64,000 nt of DNA from an uncultured candidatus Porisulfidus sp. (lineage in GTDB: Bacteria > Pseudomonadota > Gammaproteobacteria > Poriferisulfidales > Oxydemutatoraceae), in NCBI GenBank assembly GCA_965200865.1, contig CBDAVG010000002.1, positions 1,903,337 to 1,967,336 on the forward strand. Reading direction: 5' to 3'. The notes under the pieces were generated by a model, which saw nothing but the letters and a program-made list of their open reading frames with translations, had not been told where the DNA came from and made no database searches. Both the position numbers and the translations under genes were made by a program. Numbering within the stretch: position 1 is the stretch's first letter; every line of letters begins with the position of its first letter. This document shows, in pieces, positions 1-9,782 of this stretch.

Positions 1-2853
1 GTTTGACGCACCTCTGTCGTCGTTCACCGTCACGGTAATCATTGCCTTACCTACCTCTTCACCAGTAATTTTAATCGTACGTGTTGCATCGTTTCCTGCT
101 ACAGACACGCTCGCAACATTGGTGTTATTTGACTGAGCATCTAACCTTAGATTAGTAGGAGTGTCGTCATCGTCGGCATCAGATACCGTCACATTCAGCA
201 TGATCCCTGCTCCTTCCAACAGCCTGACGGGTTGTGTGGGAACACTGCCAATCGTCGGTATGATGTTTTCCTCTACTGTCACCAAGACGGGAACCGAAAC
301 CGACTTGGTGTGTTCATCGCTAACGGTGATATTGAGTTCTGTTGTGCCGGCTTTCAATCCTTTGATGGTTAGAGTTTGTGTCTCTCTTGTAGCACTACCG
401 TTGTTCATTACTACCACACTGGTGGTCACCAATTCCACTATATCTTGGCTCTCATCCATTGCAGTCAGTGATAAGGTCAAGCTGTCGTTGATGTCAGTGT
501 CGGACACTGACACCGCAATAGCCTGTGCTCTGCCTTCCTGAACCGAGATCATGTTGTCAAAAGATGTAATCATCGGCGGTGCATTGACTCGTACCGACAC
601 GGTTTCACTATCGCTTAACCTATCGCTGTCGGTTGCGGTGAATGTGATCATCGCTACTCCACTCTGCCCGGCAGTTAGGACAAAAGTGATACGCGTATTA
701 GTCGTTATGGGATTGGTCTGCATCGGCATCACCGAAACGACCGTTTGGCTTGATGACCTCGCCGTCACAACAACTTTATCCTTGACATCAAAGTTCTCAT
801 CCGACACTGATACCACAACATGCGTCGTGCTTTCCTGTTCTATCGTTTGCTTCGGCAGCGAAATAACCTCAAGCATAGGTGCTTTTCCCGATACTATCGG
901 TATGTCGTTGCTAACAAGTGGATTTCTGATGTTTGGGACAGTACTGGTCGTTGCGATAACCTGAAAGAGGCGATTCCCCGCAAAGCTGTCATCTAACGCA
1001 AGATTGAGCTGGACTTGTGTATCGGAAGTACGGCTTACACTTGCAATGTGCAACCCTGCCGGCGCATTTTGCAAACTAAAGTCGTTAGGCTGCAAATTTT
1101 TTTCCCAACTGGCACCAATCAAAGACAAAGACAATGGATTTACGGTTACATTGCTGTCCGACAACCTGACAACAGAGGCAGCATCCATTTTTATTTGATA
1201 GCCGCGTATTCTAACTCCCCACTCACTAAAAGTACCGATTGTGCCTCTGACATCTTCAAACCTTAATCTCCAAACCCCCGACGGATCTTCGCCTAAATGC
1301 GCGCTTGAACCGAAACTCCAAATCCCTCTAAGATTGCGTGCGAATCTGGTACCACTGAGGGAATCAGTGGATGGTATGAAAAGGTTGGAAGTAGTACCCG
1401 AAGGTGAGGTTAATTTAACGCTTAAATCTTGGATTAAGGGATGTGCAAATCCAATAGGAATCTCCACATATTCTATAAAATTGATATCAGATTGCACAGA
1501 TATCTCACTATTGATAACCGGATTATCGGCAGTTAGCCTAAGGTTTAGATTTCTGTTTCTTACTTCCGTATACGGTGCTGCCGGAGGAAGATTGATCCAC
1601 CCTTCCGCCAGTTCAACCGCTTTTTCTGCATCAACAACACCGAATCCATATTTGTGGTTAAAGTGATACTGCGCGCTGTCATCATCGCTAGACAAACCAT
1701 ACTTTACGGCACCTTGCATCCAGCCGTCATCTGTGGGGTCGTTGTGCCTTGCCGAATTAGCCAGAATGAGTTTCACATCGCGCCAGCTAAGGCTCGGGTT
1801 GACTTGCCGCATTAATGCCACCACACCGCTGACCATCGGGGTTGCTGCAGAGGTTCCACTAAATGACTCTGTGTATATGTCATGTGCATAAAGCCCACTG
1901 CTAGTTCCTCTGGAGGTTGTAACAATTCCTGGCGATCTGATAGAAAATCTTGGCGGCCCGGGGAAGATGAAAAGCCTAGTACCCCTTGATGGGGCACAGA
2001 CCCACAAATTGGCACCAAGTTGCGAAAACGAAGCATGTTCTCCCCGATTACCCACCGCACATACGGGAACGGTTGCATAATGCTTGGTAAAGCCGTCATA
2101 ATTTGAATTCGTTATGTTACATATCCCGCTAGCACAACGGTCGTTTCCGGCAGCCCAAATGTAGACCATACCTTTGCCGTGGAATCCCTCCTCAATGCCG
2201 GTTTCTATTGCCATTTCCCATGCCCTAAGAGTAGTACCGGATGGACTAAAAGAAGACGGACTCCCCCAGCTGTTGTTGGAAACTGCGGTTATTGTGCGAT
2301 GACGAACCATTGCGTCTAAGACTGCCAGATTTCTAGTATTTCTTGAAATACTTGTATTTCCACTGGGTATTCCTAAAATATTCAAGCCATAAATTCTTGC
2401 TTCAGGTGCGACACCTCGAACACCCATGTTGTTATAACCGCGCGCCGCAGCAATACCCGCTACGGCGGTAGCATGCCGACTGGTGTCAATCACCGAAGGA
2501 TAATAATCAACGCTGTGTTGGGTAGAGATATTGGCTATCAGATCCGGGTGAGCCCGTGTTTGGGGCGTAGCAGAATGGGAATCAAATGGCAGATCGTCGT
2601 CTACTATGGCAATGTATGTGCCTTGCCCTCTTATTTTCGTGAGTCCATCTTTGAGCGTTTTCTCCCATACTGGTTCTACATTGATATCCTCACCAGGGAT
2701 ACCCAAAAATTGCCCAGTATTCTTTAAGTGCCATTGCGTATCATATAGAGGATCGTCCATTCCCTGTGACTGAGCGACGGCAGGCTGCAAGCCTATGACC
2801 AAAAGCAATATCACGAGGGCATTTGCTAAGATTCTCAAAATTAAAATATTCAA
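1..2853 (-). CDS. Secreted S8 (kexin/furin-like) serine protease with probable P-domain and C-terminal Ig/cadherin-like repeats; runs off the window start
   Basis: Missing from the ORF track because it has no stop in the window. Hand translation from TTG 2853 gives a signal peptide, DPLYDTQWHLKNTG, IAIVDD, HATAVAGIAAA, WAAGND, SGTSAATPMVSGVVAL and FNHKYGFG, then repeats such as LNVTVSDAD...ITVTVND. Frame spot-checked at several points only. Confidence 0.88.
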   Translation of the reverse strand, partial: MNILILRILANALVILLLVIGLQPAVAQSQGMDDPLYDTQWHLKNTGQFLGIPGEDINVEPVWEKTLKDGLTKIRGQGTYIAIVDDDLPFDSHSATPQTRAHPDLIANISTQHSVDYYPSVIDTSRHATAVAGIAAARGYNNMGVRGVAPEARIYGLNILGIPSGNTSISRNTRNLAVLDAMVRHRTITAVSNNSWGSPSSFSPSGTTLRAWEMAIETGIEEGFHGKGMVYIWAAGNDRCASGICNITNSNYDGFTKHYATVPVCAVGNRGEHASFSQLGANLWVCAPSRGTRLFIFPGPPRFSIRSPGIVTTSRGTSSGLYAHDIYTESFSGTSAATPMVSGVVALMRQVNPSLSWRDVKLILANSARHNDPTDDGWMQGAVKYGLSSDDDSAQYHFNHKYGFGVVDAEKAVELAEGWINLPPAAPYTEVRNRNLNLRLTADNPVINSEISVQSDINFIEYVEIPIGFAHPLIQDLSVKLTSPSGTTSNLFIPSTDSLSGTRFARNLRGIWSFGSSAHLGEDPSGVWRLRFEDVRGTIGTFSEWGVRIRGYQIKMDAASVVRLSDSNVTVNPLSLSLIGASWEKNLQPNDFSLQNAPAGLHIASVSRTSDTQVQLNLALDDSFAGNRLFQVIATTSTVPNIRNPLVSNDIPIVSGKAPMLEVISLPKQTIEQESTTHVVVSVSDENFDVKDKVVVTARSSSQTVVSVMPMQTNPITTNTRITFVLTAGQSGVAMITFTATDSDRLSDSETVSVRVNAPPMITSFDNMISVQEGRAQAIAVSVSDTDINDSLTLSLTAMDESQDIVELVTTSVVVMNNGSATRETQTLTIKGLKAGTTELNITVSDEHTKSVSVPVLVTVEENIIPTIGSVPTQPVRLLEGAGIMLNVTVSDADDDDTPTNLRLDAQSNNTNVASVSVAGNDATRTIKITGEEVGKAMITVTVNDDRGASN

Positions 2854-2917
2854 CTATGCTGTATGAAATAAATAGAAGGGAATTAAAACATCTATTATAT
2901 TGCCATTAGCATAAATA

Positions 2918-3175
2918 GAGCTGTTGAAAAATAGAACCGCCGATTATGCAAAACCATAACGTAAACTACATGTGTAGGGGAGGGCTAACATGGGACTGTT
3001 GAAAAAGTACCATAATGCATCGTAGAGGGTAATTGTCTAGTGCAGAACCACCACAACCACCCCGTCAGGCTTCGCCTGCCACCTCTCCACAGGAGGGGAA
3101 TGTACTAATGCAGACACTTTTTCAACAATCCCACATGCCCCCCCTACGGCTCAAGGATACTTTTTCAACAGTCCC
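2918..3175. mobile_element. Nested MITE: inner element 2992-3132 (ACAT target duplication) inside an outer element
   Basis: Ends match GGGACTGTTGAAAAAGTA / TACTTTTTCAACAGTCCC. The inner copy is flanked by ACAT at 2988-2991 and 3133-3136 within a GTAGGGGAGGGCTAACATGCCC hairpin. Confidence 0.85.
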
Positions 3176-3240
3176 ATACCAGTCATTGCAAATTCTTGGT
3201 CAGGGCTGTATAATTCACCATTCAACTGAAAATAGATGCA

Positions 3241-3456
3241 ATGCCTACAGTACGAATAAAAGAAAATGAACCCCTAGATATCGCCATTAGACGCTTCAGG
3301 CGTACTTGCGAAAAAGCCGGTATTTTAACCGAAATCCGCTTTCGCGAGTTCTATGAAAAACCAACTACGGTGCGTCGCCGCAAGTCCATTTTGGCAAAAA
3401 GACGGCAGAGCAGGCATACTTTCAAAATTAGGTCTAAGCGTACCCGTTTATACTGA
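3241..3456 (+). CDS. rpsU: 30S ribosomal protein S21
   Basis: [27 protein letters not shown]...EFYEKPT signature. Confidence 0.97.
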   Translation: MPTVRIKENEPLDIAIRRFRRTCEKAGILTEIRFREFYEKPTTVRRRKSILAKRRQSRHTFKIRSKRTRLY

Positions 3457-3467
3457 CCCACCAATCC

Positions 3468-3911
3468 ATGAAACATCGTATTGAAGACGATGCCAAAATA
3501 GCAATGAAAAGCGGGGATAAACCTCGCTTGTCAGTATTGCGTTTGATACTATCCGAGATAAAACGTATAGAAATAGATTCTCGCGCACCTTTGGATGAAG
3601 CTGGCATTTTGGATACGCTAGCAAAAATGGCAAAGCAACGGCGTGAGTCTATAAAACAATTTGCCGATGCAGGACGTGCCGATTTACAGGAAAAAGAAAA
3701 CTTTGAACTAGAAGTCATTACCAGTTATATGCCGAAACAGCTAGATGAAACTGAACTTGAAGCTCTGATAAATGAAGCGATTGACAAGACTGGAGCGACC
3801 GGAATCAGAGATATGTCTAAAGTGATGGCAGAGATCAAAGCTCAAGCCCGCGGTAGCGCAGACCTATCGGCAGTTGGTCGTATCGTCAAAGCGAAACTAA
3901 CATCTGCATAA
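3468..3911 (+). CDS. yqeY: GatB/YqeY domain protein
   Basis: KQRRESI...AGRADL..KE motif; usual position after rpsU. Confidence 0.92.
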   Translation: MKHRIEDDAKIAMKSGDKPRLSVLRLILSEIKRIEIDSRAPLDEAGILDTLAKMAKQRRESIKQFADAGRADLQEKENFELEVITSYMPKQLDETELEALINEAIDKTGATGIRDMSKVMAEIKAQARGSADLSAVGRIVKAKLTSA

Positions 3912-4035
3912 TCTGCAAATAAACCAAATAAATGTACAATATATGACACCACTGGGAACGGGTACAATGCTTGTTTGTTTATTTCAGTTTTGTTTCAGTT
4001 TCTAAGTGATTTGTTATACCGCTACTACTAACGAT

Positions 4036-4896
4036 ATGGGAAAAAATTTAGTCAAAAGCAAAGATATGGCAATGGTGCCGGTAAGCAGTCTGAATGCTTA
4101 CATCTCCGCTGCTTACGGTATTCCGGTGTTGGATGCCGAAGAGGAGCAGCGGCTTGCACGCCTTTATAAACAAGAAAACGATGTAGAAGCGGCGCGCAAA
4201 TTAGCGATGCATAACCTACGTTTTGTTATACAGATTGCCCGTGGCTACAACGGATACGGACTAGCACTAGGCGATTTGATACAAGAGGGCAACATCGGAT
4301 TGTTGAAGGCGATACAACGTTTTGATCCTGCCATCGGCGTGCGCTTGGTTTCTTTTGCGGTGCATTGGATCCGCGCTGAAATTCATGAGTTTATCATTAA
4401 AAATTGGCGCATCGTCAAAGTTGCCACAACCAAAGCACAACGCAAACTTTTCTTCAACCTTAGGAGTTCCAAAAAAAGATTAGGTTGGATGAACCAACAA
4501 GAAGTTGAAGAGATTGCAAATCAACTCGGTGTTAAAGCCAAAGAGGTCACCGAAATGGAAAAGCGCATGGGGCAATCCGAAGTGAGCATAGACCCGATGC
4601 CTGATGCACACGAGGAAACAACTTTTTCACCTGTGGCGTACTTGACCGACGAGCGGGAAACAGATCCGGCAGAACATTTTGAAAATGTACAAGCAAGCAC
4701 CTATAATCGCAAAAAGCTCGACGAAGCACTAAAAACTTTAGATGAACGCAGTCTTGCCATCTTAAAAGCACGCTGGTTAAGCGATAAAAAGGCGACACTA
4801 CACACGCTGGCGGATCAATACAAAATCTCCGCAGAGCGCATTCGCCAAATTGAAAACCAAGCCCTGCAAAAACTCAGAAAAGCGATAGAAGCATAA
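4036..4896 (+). CDS. rpoH: RNA polymerase sigma-32 factor (start uncertain: 4006, 4036 or 4066)
   Basis: [30 protein letters not shown] (RpoH box), SAERIRQIE. Confidence 0.96.
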   Translation: MGKNLVKSKDMAMVPVSSLNAYISAAYGIPVLDAEEEQRLARLYKQENDVEAARKLAMHNLRFVIQIARGYNGYGLALGDLIQEGNIGLLKAIQRFDPAIGVRLVSFAVHWIRAEIHEFIIKNWRIVKVATTKAQRKLFFNLRSSKKRLGWMNQQEVEEIANQLGVKAKEVTEMEKRMGQSEVSIDPMPDAHEETTFSPVAYLTDERETDPAEHFENVQASTYNRKKLDEALKTLDERSLAILKARWLSDKKATLHTLADQYKISAERIRQIENQALQKLRKAIEA

Positions 4897-4915
4897 ATCG
4901 GCAGAGGCGGACCCG

Positions 4916-6793
4916 ATGATGGAATACCAACGAACATTTGATGTCATTGTTATCGGCGGCGGACACGCCGGCTGTGAGGCGGTGGCAGGTGCGGCGCGCA
5001 GCGGAGCGGCAGTGCTACTGCTGACACAAAACATAGACACCATCGGGCAGATGAGTTGTAATCCTGCCATCGGCGGCATTGGTAAAAGCCATTTAGTACG
5101 AGAGATTGATGCACTCGACGGATTGATGGCACGGTGCGCCGACCTGTCGGGCATACATTTTCGTATGCTGAACGCAAGCAAAGGACCGGCAGTACAAGCG
5201 ATACGGGCACAAGCAGACCGCCAGTTATACAAAACGGCAATGCGGAAGATGCTTGAACAATATCCCAACATCTATATATTTCAGCAAACGGTGGAGGATC
5301 TAATCGTTGATAAAGACCGTATTCAAGGAGTGATTACACAAATGGGGCTTCGCTTTCGCGCAAGTGCTGTCGTTTTAACCACTGGCACTTTTTTGGGTGG
5401 ACACATACATATAGGTACGCACAATTATCAAGGCGGACGCGCCGGTGAGGCACCGGCGAATGCACTGGCCAAGAGACTGCGCGCATTGCCATTACGAGTA
5501 GGACGATTGAAAACCGGCACACCCCCGCGCATCGCCAAAAACACCATAGACTTTTCCAGACTCACAGCACAGCATAGCGACACACCACAGCCAGTATTCT
5601 CTTATATGGCAAACCGAGAAGATCATCCGCCGCAACGCGAATGTTTTATAACCCGCACAAACGAAGAGACCCACGAAATTATACGCTCGGCATTGCATCA
5701 CTCACCACTCTACAACGGCACCATCCGTTCCACTGGACCACGCTACTGTCCCTCCATAGAAGATAAGGTTGTCCGCTTTGCCGACAAAGCATCTCATCAG
5801 ATTTTTATAGAACCCGAAGGTTTGGATAGCGGCGAGATTTACCCCAATGGGATTTCCACCTGCTTGGACTTTGATGTGCAGCTGGCGATGGTGCGCTCTA
5901 TCAAAGGTTTTGGAAATGCGCATATCACACGCCCGGCTTATGCGATTGAATACGATTATATGGATCCTCGTGACTTAGACGCATCGCTTGAAACCCAAGC
6001 CATAGAAGGTTTGTTTTTTGCCGGACAGATCAACGGCACGACCGGCTACGAGGAAGCAGCAGCACAAGGTTTAATCGCCGGGCTCAACGCAGCCCTTAAA
6101 GCACAAGACAAAGCATTATGGCACCCAACACGCGAGCAGGCCTACATCGGTGTGTTGATAGACGACCTGACCGTCTATGGCACCGACGAACCTTACCGGA
6201 TGTTCACAAGCCGTGCCGAATATAGATTGTCTTTGCGTCAAGACAATGCCGACTTGCGCCTTTGCGAACAAGGTAGAAAACTTGGCTTGGTCGGCGATGA
6301 ACGTTGGCATTTATTTGAACATAAACGCAAACAGATAGCAGCTGAACAAGCAAAACTGGAGACCCTGTCTATCAACCCCGAACAAGGTAGAAAACTCGGC
6401 ATAGAGCTTAAGCAAGCATGCAATGCCGCCGAACTGCTTAAAAGACCCGAAATCTGTTACCTAGACATCGTCAACGTTGCGAATGTCAATCAACCAGCCG
6501 ACGACGAGCAGGTTGTCTCGCAAATAGAAATACAGGCAAAATACAGCGGCTACTTAGCACGCCAACAAGATGAAATAGATCGGCTCGCACAGGCGCGCTC
6601 GCAACAAATCCCCGACAGTTTTGATTATTCTAAAGTCATCGGTCTATCAAACGAACTACGCGACAAACTCAACGAATCCAAACCCGCATCGATAGGACAA
6701 GCGGAACGCATACCGGGCATGACGCCGGCATCTTTGTCCTTATTACGTATTTATCTGAAAAAACATGATTTCGATTATCGGCGTAGTGCCTAA
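4916..6793 (+). CDS. mnmG: tRNA uridine 5-carboxymethylaminomethyl modification enzyme
   Basis: [53 protein letters not shown]. Confidence 0.98.
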   Translation: MMEYQRTFDVIVIGGGHAGCEAVAGAARSGAAVLLLTQNIDTIGQMSCNPAIGGIGKSHLVREIDALDGLMARCADLSGIHFRMLNASKGPAVQAIRAQADRQLYKTAMRKMLEQYPNIYIFQQTVEDLIVDKDRIQGVITQMGLRFRASAVVLTTGTFLGGHIHIGTHNYQGGRAGEAPANALAKRLRALPLRVGRLKTGTPPRIAKNTIDFSRLTAQHSDTPQPVFSYMANREDHPPQRECFITRTNEETHEIIRSALHHSPLYNGTIRSTGPRYCPSIEDKVVRFADKASHQIFIEPEGLDSGEIYPNGISTCLDFDVQLAMVRSIKGFGNAHITRPAYAIEYDYMDPRDLDASLETQAIEGLFFAGQINGTTGYEEAAAQGLIAGLNAALKAQDKALWHPTREQAYIGVLIDDLTVYGTDEPYRMFTSRAEYRLSLRQDNADLRLCEQGRKLGLVGDERWHLFEHKRKQIAAEQAKLETLSINPEQGRKLGIELKQACNAAELLKRPEICYLDIVNVANVNQPADDEQVVSQIEIQAKYSGYLARQQDEIDRLAQARSQQIPDSFDYSKVIGLSNELRDKLNESKPASIGQAERIPGMTPASLSLLRIYLKKHDFDYRRSA

Positions 6794-7247
6794 TCTAATA
6801 TTAGGCTTGCTATTACTCGGTCTTATACCGACGGCAGACGCACAAGACCGTATAGAATCGGAACACACACGGCATATGAAAAGCAAACACAGCGTTGAAC
6901 TGACCATAGAACGTGCCAAGCGCATCGCAGAGCATAATGAACTTAGAGTATTCGGGGTGATAGACCACGCACAAAACGCCACCGACGCGGGCATGGAGCT
7001 ACTGCCCACTCAACTAATCGTCTTCGGCAACCCTGCCGTTGGCACTGAACTAATGCAAGCAAACCCACTCATCGGTCTTGACTTACCGCTCAAACTATTG
7101 GTGTGGGAAGACCGCGATGGTGTTGTTTGGATCAGCTACAGCTCGGCGGAGGCTATGCAAAAACGACACAATTTACTCGAGCATACCAAACAATTCCTCG
7201 ACACCGAAACCTTGTTGAAAGATTTGGCACAAGCTGCCGGACAATAA
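6765..7247 (+). CDS. Exported DUF302-family protein
   Basis: Signal peptide; IDHAQNA...[14 protein letters not shown]...[13 protein letters not shown]. Confidence 0.85.
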   Translation: MISIIGVVPNLILGLLLLGLIPTADAQDRIESEHTRHMKSKHSVELTIERAKRIAEHNELRVFGVIDHAQNATDAGMELLPTQLIVFGNPAVGTELMQANPLIGLDLPLKLLVWEDRDGVVWISYSSAEAMQKRHNLLEHTKQFLDTETLLKDLAQAAGQ

Positions 7248-7248
7248 T

Positions 7249-7878
7249 TTGGAATATACGAAACTACTGTACAAACAATGCTCCGACCTCGGCATGAGTG
7301 CAACCGACCAGGAATTGAAAAAGATACTCCAGTGGATTGAATTACTACAAAAATGGAACCAAACATACAACCTGACGGCAATAAACGAAACCGAACAAAT
7401 CATCCACCGTTTGGTGGTCAATAGCCTTGCGGCGATACCCTATCTGCATGGCAATACCGTGTTGGATGTGGGTAGCGGCAGTGGCGTGCCGGGTATTCCG
7501 TTGGCAATCTTCGCACCACAATATCGCTATACACTAATAGACAGCAACGGTAAAAAAACCCGTTTTTTGGAACATTGTCGGATGTCTTTAGCACTGCCCA
7601 ACGTAGAAGTGAAACAAGTGCGCGCAGAAAATTTTAGAGCCGCGGTTAAATTTGACACGATAATCAGCCGTGCTTTTGGCAACTTAGACCAATTTATCTC
7701 TTTAACTCTGCATCTGGGACATAAACAAACCTGCTGGCTAACATTCAAGGGTAAAATAAGTCCACACGAGCTTCAACAATTCCGTGATACGGCAAGCGAT
7801 TCGGGGCTTCGGCATAGCCTGAAAAAGCTCAATACCGGGGAAGACGAAACTCAAAACTTAGTTCTGATGAGATATTAG
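7249..7878 (+). CDS. rsmG: 16S rRNA m7G527 methyltransferase
   Basis: WNQTYNLTAI, LDVGSGSGVPGIPL, SRAF; position between mnmG and parA. Confidence 0.96.
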   Translation: MEYTKLLYKQCSDLGMSATDQELKKILQWIELLQKWNQTYNLTAINETEQIIHRLVVNSLAAIPYLHGNTVLDVGSGSGVPGIPLAIFAPQYRYTLIDSNGKKTRFLEHCRMSLALPNVEVKQVRAENFRAAVKFDTIISRAFGNLDQFISLTLHLGHKQTCWLTFKGKISPHELQQFRDTASDSGLRHSLKKLNTGEDETQNLVLMRY

Positions 7879-7890
7879 ATTGATAGAGCA

Positions 7891-8667
7891 ATGACAACTA
7901 TCTATGCAATAACCAATCAAAAGGGTGGTGTTGGTAAAACCACAACCAGCGTGAATTTGGCAGCCGGATTGGCAGCTGCCAAACGACGGATACTATTAAT
8001 AGACATGGACCCACAAGGCAACGCAACATCGGGTAGCAACGTTGACAAAAATCAACTAACCACAACAACCGCAAATTTGCTGGAAGGCACACCACTTAAA
8101 GACTGCATCAATCGATGCGATGCTGCAGACTACGATCTGGTGGGCGCAAACTCTGCATTGACCGTCACCGAAGTCAATATGACACGAGAGGAAAACAGTA
8201 GCTTTTACTTACGAGATGCCTTAAAACAAACCAACCACTACGACTATATTTTATTAGACTGTCCACCGACACTCAATACACTGACGATGAACGCATTGGT
8301 CGCTGCCGAAGGCGTAATCATCCCGATACAATGCGAGTATTACGCTTTGGAAGGTCTCTCGGCTTTAGTTGAAACCATAGAGCGCATACGCCAAACCGTC
8401 AATCCTCGGTTGCGCATAGAAGGCGTATTACGAACGATGTATGACCCACGCAATAACCTCGCCCGTGACGTGTCCGAACAACTTAATGTCTTTTTTGGCA
8501 AAGAACTCTACCATACCGTTATCCCGCGTAATGTGACCCTTGCCGAGGCACCTAGCCATGGACTATCCATCATACAATACGATAAAGCCTCCAAAGGTGC
8601 CGTCGCTTATATAGAGCTCGTCGGCGAGATATTGAGGCGACAAAAGTCTGATGCAAAGGTAGGTTAA
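7891..8667 (+). CDS. parA: Chromosome partitioning ATPase ParA/Soj
   Basis: NQKGGVGKTT, DMDPQGNA, IQCEYYALEG, LAEAPSHG. Confidence 0.96.
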   Translation: MTTIYAITNQKGGVGKTTTSVNLAAGLAAAKRRILLIDMDPQGNATSGSNVDKNQLTTTTANLLEGTPLKDCINRCDAADYDLVGANSALTVTEVNMTREENSSFYLRDALKQTNHYDYILLDCPPTLNTLTMNALVAAEGVIIPIQCEYYALEGLSALVETIERIRQTVNPRLRIEGVLRTMYDPRNNLARDVSEQLNVFFGKELYHTVIPRNVTLAEAPSHGLSIIQYDKASKGAVAYIELVGEILRRQKSDAKVG

Positions 8668-8708
8668 GATATCCGTTCCCGTGATTTATTTAATGGAAGT
8701 GAACAACA

Positions 8709-9611
8709 GTGAATAAAAAGAAGGCACAAACCAAAAAACGAAGAGGGCTGGGTTCTTTGGGCGTTGATGCATTGCTGACAACACGTGCCGATGCCGAAAC
8801 GAACACCGACCAAGGCGAACAGATTTTGCATGTAGAAGCCGACCAAATACAGCCGAGCCGCTATCAACCACGCAAAAATATTGACAAAGATTCCTTGCGC
8901 GAACTCGCAGAATCAATAAAACATCAGGGGCTGTTGCAACCTATCGTGCTACGCATACAAAACGATACAGACAGCCACTACGAACTCATCGCCGGAGAAC
9001 GTCGTTGGCGTGCCGCGCAGTTAGCGGGTCTTAGGAAAATTCCTGCGATACTAAAAAAAGTGGATGAAAACACCGCCGCTGCCATTGCCCTCGTAGAAAA
9101 CATACAACGCGATGACCTAAGCGCAATAGAAGAGGCGATGGCAATCAAACAGCTATTAATAAAGTTTGATATGACCCACGAACAGGTGGCAACCGCAATA
9201 GGACGCTCGCGCCCTGCGGTTTCTAACCTGCTACGGCTTTTGGAACTCGCACCCGAAGTACGCGACTGGCTTGCCGAAGGTCGCCTAGAGATGGCACATG
9301 CACGCACCCTGCTGGCGTTGAATAAAACCGAACAAACCGACACCGCCCGCCTCATCATAGAGCGCAACATGAGCGTACGAGAAGTTGAAGAGTATGTGAG
9401 AAAACTTCTAGATAAGAAAAAGAAAAAAAAGACGAGCAAAAAGAAAAAAACTCGCGACGATACTGATATCGCACAACTAGAGCGGCACCTATCAGAACAT
9501 TTGGGTACGACGGTTAAGGTGAAATATAGCAAAAAAACCGGCAACGGCTCGCTAGTAATTTATTACACCTCGCTTGACGGGCTGGATGACATCTTAGACA
9601 AAATAACCTAA
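8709..9611 (+). CDS. parB: Chromosome partitioning protein ParB
   Basis: QPRK, LIAGERRWRA, ENIQRDDL, helix-turn-helix region. Confidence 0.96.
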   Translation: MNKKKAQTKKRRGLGSLGVDALLTTRADAETNTDQGEQILHVEADQIQPSRYQPRKNIDKDSLRELAESIKHQGLLQPIVLRIQNDTDSHYELIAGERRWRAAQLAGLRKIPAILKKVDENTAAAIALVENIQRDDLSAIEEAMAIKQLLIKFDMTHEQVATAIGRSRPAVSNLLRLLELAPEVRDWLAEGRLEMAHARTLLALNKTEQTDTARLIIERNMSVREVEEYVRKLLDKKKKKKTSKKKKTRDDTDIAQLERHLSEHLGTTVKVKYSKKTGNGSLVIYYTSLDGLDDILDKIT

Positions 9612-9782
9612 TCACATACCGCAAAGCGGTTGTATTTGTACAGACACGCTGAGGCTGCTGGAAAAGTATTTCAAGCACCGTAGGGGAGGACTAACATGCC
9701 CTCCCGAAACGCGTTGCGTCTGCACAATCAATACATTTATCCATTTCGTTTATGGTTACCCACCGTAGGGGAGGGCTAACAT

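Noticed and set aside
161-2727. Short ORFs in the track over the first 2.7 kb
   Set aside because: They are antisense or off-frame shadows of the minus-strand S8 protease.
3912-4920. oriC next to mnmG
   Set aside because: rpoH lies directly upstream of mnmG and I see no cluster of DnaA boxes in the short gaps.
9410-9452. Phase-variable poly-A tract in parB
   Set aside because: It is in frame and encodes the lysine-rich linker usual before the ParB C-terminal domain.
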